Assembly: GCA_033764315.1 (NCBI GenBank)
Contig: JANRJA010000203.1
Span: 1 to 64,000 of the forward strand
Direction: 5' to 3'
Origin: Oculatellaceae cyanobacterium bins.114
GTDB taxonomy: Bacteria > Cyanobacteriota > Cyanobacteriia > Elainellales > Elainellaceae
Length of the DNA: 64,000 nucleotides
The translations under genes were made by a program, and so were the position numbers. Of this stretch, positions 59,627-64,000 are shown in pieces. The stretch's first letter is position 1; the number at the start of each line of letters is the position of its first letter. The notes under the pieces were generated by a model. The model was not told the DNA's origin, searched no databases, and saw only the letters and a program-made list of their open reading frames with translations.

Positions 59627-59728
59627 ATACCGATCTAAACGGATTTTTGGGCAGATCAAAGTTTAGGAGGGGCTTGGCAGTGTCAAGCCCGTACCAGGAT
59701 CTGTCGCGTTTACAATTCAAATTGGTAT
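59627..59728. mobile_element. palindromic MITE-like element
   Basis: ends ATACCGAT ... ATTGGTAT enclose CAGATC...GATCTG and the hairpin GGGCTTGGCA-G-TGTCAAGCCC. Confidence 0.45.
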
Positions 59729-60032
59729 GCTGACGACATAGGAGAGCATATCCAGTTTTTTTGGATCAGCCCAAGGGTTGTCGTCACTCATCTTGCCTTC
59801 TGAATTAGCAATACGTAACGCGATTGATAACCGCATCCTAGCCATTAACCCTCTTCTTTTTTCATCCTTTAGCCTTCATCCTTTAGCCTTTTCTATTCTC
59901 AACTTCCCTTTTTTTATGCTTAAAGAGCAGTCAAAACAGAACATTTAATGCGATAAATAAGCCAAGGCTCGACAACATCATCCATCGACAAAGGCAACAA
60001 GGGATTTGTATCCCTTGGAGTATGGTCACTTC

Positions 60033-63000
60033 ATGGTTCTCAGTTTCGACCGATCCAATCTACTGCGAGGAGTTGCCCAAGCTACCAGTCAACTCCTGAC
60101 CAGCAGCGACTTTACGATCGCCATTCACAATGCCCTCGCGACACTAGGGCAGGTGACTCAAGTCGATCGCATCTACATTTGTGATATTCATCCCCATCCC
60201 CTAACTGGAGAACCAGCATCAAGTCAGCAGTTTGAGTGGGTGCATGAGTCAGTTCCGGCGTTGATCGATAACCCCAACCTACAAGATTGGACGTTTACCG
60301 TTGGTCGGTTTATCGACTGGCTCAAGACATTACAGGCCGGAGAGACGGTCAGTTGCATCATCCGAGAACTATGCCCGGATGAGTTAGACCATATGCCCGT
60401 TCAGGATGTCTACTCTATTTTGATCGTCCCTATTTTTGTCAACGGCAACCTGTGGGGCTTCATTGGGTTTGATGATTGCAACCGCGAGCGTCAGTGGTCT
60501 AAAGACGAAGAAGCCGTCTTGCAAACGATGGCAGCTAGCATTGGTGGGGCGATCGCCCGTCAACAGGTTGAAATGGCTTTGCGGCAAAGCGAAGCCCAAC
60601 TCCAACGGATCACCGCCAATGTTCCAGGCATGATCTATCAGTTTTTGTTAAAGCCCGATGGCACCCGACAAGTTTTGTTTGCCAGTTCTGGTTGCCAAGA
60701 ATTGCTGGAATTATCGCCAGAGTTCATTCAGAGCGACTTTTGCCACATTGCCGATCTGTGTCACCCAGACGATCGCCTGGGGTTTGAGCAATCTGTCACT
60801 CACTCTAGTAACACGATGCAGCCCTGGAATTGGGAAGGACGAATTATCACAGCATCAGGAGAATTAAAATGGCTCCAGGGATTTTCACGTCCAGAGCGGT
60901 TATCGAATGGCAATCTCTTATGGGATGGGGTGCTGGTTGATATCACCGAGCGCAAGCGAGTTGAGGAAGCCTCCCGTCACAGTGAGTTGCGCTATCGAGC
61001 CATGTTGGATGCTAGCCCAGATTTAATGTTTCGGCTAAGCATGAATGGTCGATATCTCGACTTTAAAGGCAGTCGCGAAACCGATATGCCCCGTGAGGTG
61101 ATCGTCGGGCAATATTTACATGATGTGTTGCCCCTCGATGTCGCAGAGTTAGCCTTGCAAACCATTCGCAAAACCCTAGCAACAGGCGAGTTGCAAATCT
61201 GTGAATATCAACTCCTCAATGACAAGGGTTGGCGCGATTATGAAGCCCGTCTGGTTGTCAGCGGTAAAGATGAGGTGCTTGCAGTAGTGCGCGATGTCAC
61301 CGATCGCAAACAAGTTGAGGCAGAGTTACGGGCTAGCGAAGAGCGTCTTCAAAGCTTTTTTGAAGCCACCTCTGAGGCGGTGATCATCCATGATTTTGAC
61401 CAAATTTTAGACGTCAACCCCTCCGCAGAAGCGATGGTGGGCTATAGTTGCCAAGAACTAATTGGCATGCCTGTTCTCGATCTGGTGGCTCCTGACTTTC
61501 GAGAGGGGGTAATCCAAGAATGGCGATCGCTCACCTCTCCCGATCAACCCTACTATTACGAAAGTGTCGGCATTCGCAAAAACGGCTCGACCTTTTTAGC
61601 CTCGGTGTGTGCCAAAGCTCTGTTTTATCGAGGACGCCAAGTGCGGGTTGCGGGCATTCGCGATATTACAGAACGCAAACAAGCCGAAGCCGCTATTCTG
61701 CAAAGTGAAGCTCGTAATCGGGCGTTGGTCAATGCCATTCCTGACTTGATGTTTTTGATTCATCGCGATGGCACCTACCTAGATTGCAAAGTAGACGACG
61801 ATAACACCTCCCTGTTACCTGCCCATGAGCTGATTGGACGGACAGTCTATGATGTCTTGCCGCCGGACTTAGCCCAGCAACGCATGGCCTACATCGAGCA
61901 AGCACTCAAAACAGGTAAAATGCAACGCTTTGAGTATCAGCTACATCTCGATGGCAGCGATCGCGCTAGTTCTCTTTACCGTTCAATCAGTCCCAATTTG
62001 TCTCCGACAACCACAGACGAGGCTCATATCCGCGACTATGAAGCACGAGTCGTGGTCAGTGGAGAAGATGAAGCCTTAGCGATCGTGCGAGATATTACGG
62101 AACGCAAACGCTCTGAAGCCGCCCTGCAAACCTCTGAAGAAAAATTTTCTAAAGCGTTTCGCTCTAGCCCCAATCCTATGACGATCGCCACCTTGCACGA
62201 GGGTCTCCTGATTGAGGTAAATGATAGCTATATCGAAACCTTAGGGTATTCCCGCGAAGAGTCATTGGGAAAAACTGCCCATGATTTGCAGTTGTGGGTC
62301 AACCGCAGCGATCGCGATCAAGTGGTGCACCTTTTAACCCAACATGGATCAGTGCGGAGCTTAGAGTTTCTCTTTCGGGTTAAGTCAGGCGACATTCGCA
62401 TTGGGCTATTCTCAGCAGAAATCATTCAAATCGAGGATGAGATGTGTCTGATCGATTCCATCATCGACATCACCGAACGCCAACGCTCTGAAGAACGGGA
62501 TCGGCTGCTGGCAGAAATTGCCCTGCGGATTCACCAATCGCTTGATCTGCAACAAATTTTCAACACCACCGTGGCCGAGGTGCGCCAATTTCTGCAAGCC
62601 GATCGGGTGTTTATTGGGCAATTTGATGTTTCAGGCAACGGGCATGTGGTGGCTGAGTCAGGCAACCCCAATTTTTCGTCAGTACGCGATTGGGTGATTG
62701 ATCAAGCGGCTTATGAAGAAATTAAAACCGTGTATCTTCAGGGCAGTTTTATCATTAATGACGTCACCCAAATTGACCTGCCACCGAGTGCTAAACATGC
62801 CTTTGAGCACTATCAGACCCGCGCCACATTAGGGGTGCCGATCGTCTCAGAAGGTCGATTGTTTGGGGCAATCGTAGCCCACCAATGTGGGGTTCCCCGT
62901 GAGTGGCAAGCCTTTGAAGTGAACTTAATGGAACAATTGGCCACCCAAGTGGCGATCGCCATTCAACAGGCACAACTGTATCAGCAAGTGCAAGACCTCA

Positions 63001-63797
63001 ACACTGGACTCGAACAACAAGTAGCCGATCGCACTGCTCAGTTGCAGCAAAAAATGCAGGAACTGCAAGATCTCAACGACCTAAAAGACGAGTTTCTCAA
63101 TGCTTTCTCCCACGACTTAAAAACCCCGGTCATGGGCATTTCTCTAGTGCTCAAAAATTTGCTGAATCAAGCAGGGGATCCGATGCCGATTTCGCGCTCT
63201 ATTTTAGAACGCATGATGCAGAGCAGCGAGCACCAACTGCACTTGATTACCTCTCTGTTGCAAGCGCACTCCAGTGAAACCAGAGGCGTGACGTTGCATT
63301 ATGAACTGGTGCAACTGAGCCTGTTGACCCAAGTGATCGTTGAAGATCTAGAACCCATCATTCTCAAAAATCAAGCCACGTTTACTAATCAAGTACCCCC
63401 CAACTTGCCGCTGGTCAATGCTGACCCCGTGCATCTGCGGCGGGTGTTTGAAAATTTGATTACGAATGCGTTGCACCATAACCCCCCCGGCATTCACATC
63501 ACCCTCGATGCCACCTCAGAAGAAGAGATGGTGCGCTTTACGCTACATGACACGGGCATGGGCATGACTAAGGACGTGTGCGATCGCCTCTTTCAACGCT
63601 ATACCCGTGGTCCAAAGTCACGGCATTCCACTGGAATTGGCTTGGGGCTATATCTCTGTCGCCAAATCATCACCGCTCACGGCGGCGAAATCGGAGCCTA
63701 TAGCACTCCAGGTCAGGGGTCAACCTTTTGGCTGACACTACCTTTGGCGATTCCTTCAGTTGCTCAACCTAATGCGGCGCGACAGGATGAAGCATAG
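60033..63797 (+). CDS. cytoplasmic sensor histidine kinase, GAF - multiple PAS - GAF - HisKA - HATPase_c
   Basis: about five DITERK-type PAS/PAC ends, two GAF domains, FSHDLKTP, NLITNA, DTGMG and GIGLGL; ATG 60033 preferred over the upstream TTG. Confidence 0.95.
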   Translation: MVLSFDRSNLLRGVAQATSQLLTSSDFTIAIHNALATLGQVTQVDRIYICDIHPHPLTGEPASSQQFEWVHESVPALIDNPNLQDWTFTVGRFIDWLKTLQAGETVSCIIRELCPDELDHMPVQDVYSILIVPIFVNGNLWGFIGFDDCNRERQWSKDEEAVLQTMAASIGGAIARQQVEMALRQSEAQLQRITANVPGMIYQFLLKPDGTRQVLFASSGCQELLELSPEFIQSDFCHIADLCHPDDRLGFEQSVTHSSNTMQPWNWEGRIITASGELKWLQGFSRPERLSNGNLLWDGVLVDITERKRVEEASRHSELRYRAMLDASPDLMFRLSMNGRYLDFKGSRETDMPREVIVGQYLHDVLPLDVAELALQTIRKTLATGELQICEYQLLNDKGWRDYEARLVVSGKDEVLAVVRDVTDRKQVEAELRASEERLQSFFEATSEAVIIHDFDQILDVNPSAEAMVGYSCQELIGMPVLDLVAPDFREGVIQEWRSLTSPDQPYYYESVGIRKNGSTFLASVCAKALFYRGRQVRVAGIRDITERKQAEAAILQSEARNRALVNAIPDLMFLIHRDGTYLDCKVDDDNTSLLPAHELIGRTVYDVLPPDLAQQRMAYIEQALKTGKMQRFEYQLHLDGSDRASSLYRSISPNLSPTTTDEAHIRDYEARVVVSGEDEALAIVRDITERKRSEAALQTSEEKFSKAFRSSPNPMTIATLHEGLLIEVNDSYIETLGYSREESLGKTAHDLQLWVNRSDRDQVVHLLTQHGSVRSLEFLFRVKSGDIRIGLFSAEIIQIEDEMCLIDSIIDITERQRSEERDRLLAEIALRIHQSLDLQQIFNTTVAEVRQFLQADRVFIGQFDVSGNGHVVAESGNPNFSSVRDWVIDQAAYEEIKTVYLQGSFIINDVTQIDLPPSAKHAFEHYQTRATLGVPIVSEGRLFGAIVAHQCGVPREWQAFEVNLMEQLATQVAIAIQQAQLYQQVQDLNTGLEQQVADRTAQLQQKMQELQDLNDLKDEFLNAFSHDLKTPVMGISLVLKNLLNQAGDPMPISRSILERMMQSSEHQLHLITSLLQAHSSETRGVTLHYELVQLSLLTQVIVEDLEPIILKNQATFTNQVPPNLPLVNADPVHLRRVFENLITNALHHNPPGIHITLDATSEEEMVRFTLHDTGMGMTKDVCDRLFQRYTRGPKSRHSTGIGLGLYLCRQIITAHGGEIGAYSTPGQGSTFWLTLPLAIPSVAQPNAARQDEA

Positions 63798-64000
63798 GAA
63801 GCCAGGGAAGTGGGTAGCAGGCTTCCGCCATCTGCAAGGAAGGGTTAGAAGCACACCTCAATCCCCTGAGTTAAGGTTGAGCGATTAACATTTCAGAAAT
63901 GGCGAGACCTGACGTGAATTAAATGGTAGAGATTTAGCCATGACACATGCAACATGTGTTTAGACGGGTATGTTAAATGTTCAAATCCGCCGATCGCACC

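Overview
Cyanobacterial chromosomal segment: the HIP1 octamer GCGATCGC is very frequent, heptamer tandem repeats are present, and it carries ccdA/ccs1, trxC, an RbcR/PacR-type LysR and phycobiliprotein-fold genes. The housekeeping backbone is recF, a P-type ATPase, gdhA, a Cof-type HAD, recJ, a type I secretion trio, a group-2 sigma factor, purN, map and ccdA-ccs1. Three signalling neighbourhoods stand out. (1) 39.0-44.4 kb: a four-gene, same-strand cluster of two secreted proteins and two membrane-anchored TIR proteins with Toll-receptor-like topology (TIR-TM-14xWD40 and TIR-TM-Cache-like-TM). This is my best candidate for an undescribed system. (2) 15.9-23.7 kb: a rearranged homologue of the Synechocystis slr0144-slr0152 'PAP' cluster (two V4R proteins, two phycobiliprotein-fold proteins lacking the bilin Cys, an Fd5-like ferredoxin and an SpkG-like kinase), lying between the LysR gene and Z-ISO/trxC. 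(3) 10.1-14.4 kb: a membrane Ser/Thr kinase followed by two orphan solute-binding proteins with near-identical N-terminal anchors. Also seen: a Yfr2-like sRNA, an ArgRS-derived protein without a catalytic core, candidate NtcA sites, a CBCR-type diguanylate cyclase and several MITE-like repeats. All calls come from motif recognition by eye; no searches were run.
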